A stretch of 64,000 nt of DNA, taken from the sequence record MW679410.1, one strand, 5' to 3'. Positions 63,115-64,000 of the stretch are shown piece after piece (position 1 is the stretch's first letter; each line of letters starts with the position of its first letter). Made by a program: the position numbers and the translations under genes. Below the pieces are notes generated by a model. That model saw only the letters and a program-made list of their open reading frames with translations. It did not search any database and was not told the origin of the DNA. This DNA is from Escherichia phage C6.

Positions 63115-64000
63115 TTATAACCCAGTTTGAGACCAATCACCGAATACATCTTCAAATGTATCAGCTTCTGTTTTATCGAAACGCCAACCTTTAATAATTG
63201 GAAGGAAAATACCTACGGTATCAGTACGTCCTTTAGAATGAACCCAACCATTACATTCACAGTCGGCAATACGGCCAATCAATTTACCTTCACGAGCTTG
63301 TTTCATAAGAAGTTCACGGTCTAAATCAGGACGGTCTTCCAATGGAATCAATACCTTTTTACCTGATTTATCTTTCTTATGGGTAGTATCTTTAAAGCCT
63401 GAACCACAGTCACTTGTAATTCGACGACAACGTGATACCAACTCGACACCACCTAGTTTGTTAGGGTCCTTCGAGTGTTCATAATAACCTACCACTTCTA
63501 AAGCAATATCAATTACTTCTTTGAACTTGATAAGATTCTTAGAACGGCGGTTTTCCCAGTAGGAGTCCATGTTCTTAAGGATAATACCTTCCAGGCCCTG
63601 GTCGACATATTTCTTATAAACGACTTTAGCTTCTTCAAGATTATTAACCCACTGGTTTTCGATAGCTTCAACACGCGTTGTACCATGCAATACGACATTA
63701 TGAGCAACCATAAGTTCTAAGGCTGTAAAGCGTACATCATACTTATCGCCTTTAATTTTACCTTCGGAATATACGACATCCAATGGGACATAATCCCACG
63801 CCTGTAATACCATACCAGCGGCTTCGGTCGGAGTAATAGTTCCTTGAAGAGCCTTGTTAGCCAAGCCGTTTGACGTGGAACGATCGGCGACAGTTTGGAA
63901 TTCCTTAGCCTTACTTAATTCAGGAAGTTCCTCATCAAACATACTAAACAAATCATTAGATGCTTTAGGTTCTACCTTAGGAGTATGGTAAACTAATTCG
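63115..64000 (-). CDS. 30: ATP-dependent DNA ligase, C-terminal portion (5' end beyond window)
   Basis: Ligase motifs IV (EGIILK) and V (LIKFK); synteny next to alt. Confidence 0.85.
   Translation of the reverse strand, partial: ELVYHTPKVEPKASNDLFSMFDEELPELSKAKEFQTVADRSTSNGLANKALQGTITPTEAAGMVLQAWDYVPLDVVYSEGKIKGDKYDVRFTALELMVAHNVVLHGTTRVEAIENQWVNNLEEAKVVYKKYVDQGLEGIILKNMDSYWENRRSKNLIKFKEVIDIALEVVGYYEHSKDPNKLGGVELVSRCRRITSDCGSGFKDTTHKKDKSGKKVLIPLEDRPDLDRELLMKQAREGKLIGRIADCECNGWVHSKGRTDTVGIFLPIIKGWRFDKTEADTFEDVFGDWSQTGL

Overview
This window reads as a T4-like (Tevenvirinae-type) myovirus genome segment, identified from gene content and synteny; protein similarities to T4 are from memory, not a database search. 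Minus-strand early/accessory region (1-12861): a partial ORF at the window edge, many small hypothetical genes, a tandem array of five small paralogous proteins, three internal-protein genes carrying the MKTY(Q/N)EF capsid-targeting sequence (one disrupted at an A7 tract), three tRNAs, then 57B(Acb1-like)/57A/1/3, an HNH homing endonuclease, 2 and 4. Plus-strand late structural module (12908-56238): 53, 5, 5.1, 5.4, 6-12, wac, 13-24 with 67/68, then minus-strand rnlB/hoc/inh, uvsW/uvsW.1, uvsY, 25/26 and plus-strand 51/27/28/29/48/54. Window end: three tandem Alt-like ADP-ribosyltransferase paralogs and the 3' part of DNA ligase gene 30, all minus strand. Regulatory elements are legible: TATAAATA late promoters (several divergent or overlapping), GTTTAC-N17/18-TACTAT early-type promoters, MotA-box middle-type promoters, and reused GC hairpin terminators. 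The ORF track uses TTG/GTG as starts, so several starts were moved to the SD-preceded ATG. The strongest leads for something undescribed are the five-gene paralog array with a conserved C-terminal W-x-S-S-(x)-C tail (1673-2916) and the triple Alt array (56620-62880); both are inference from sequence only.
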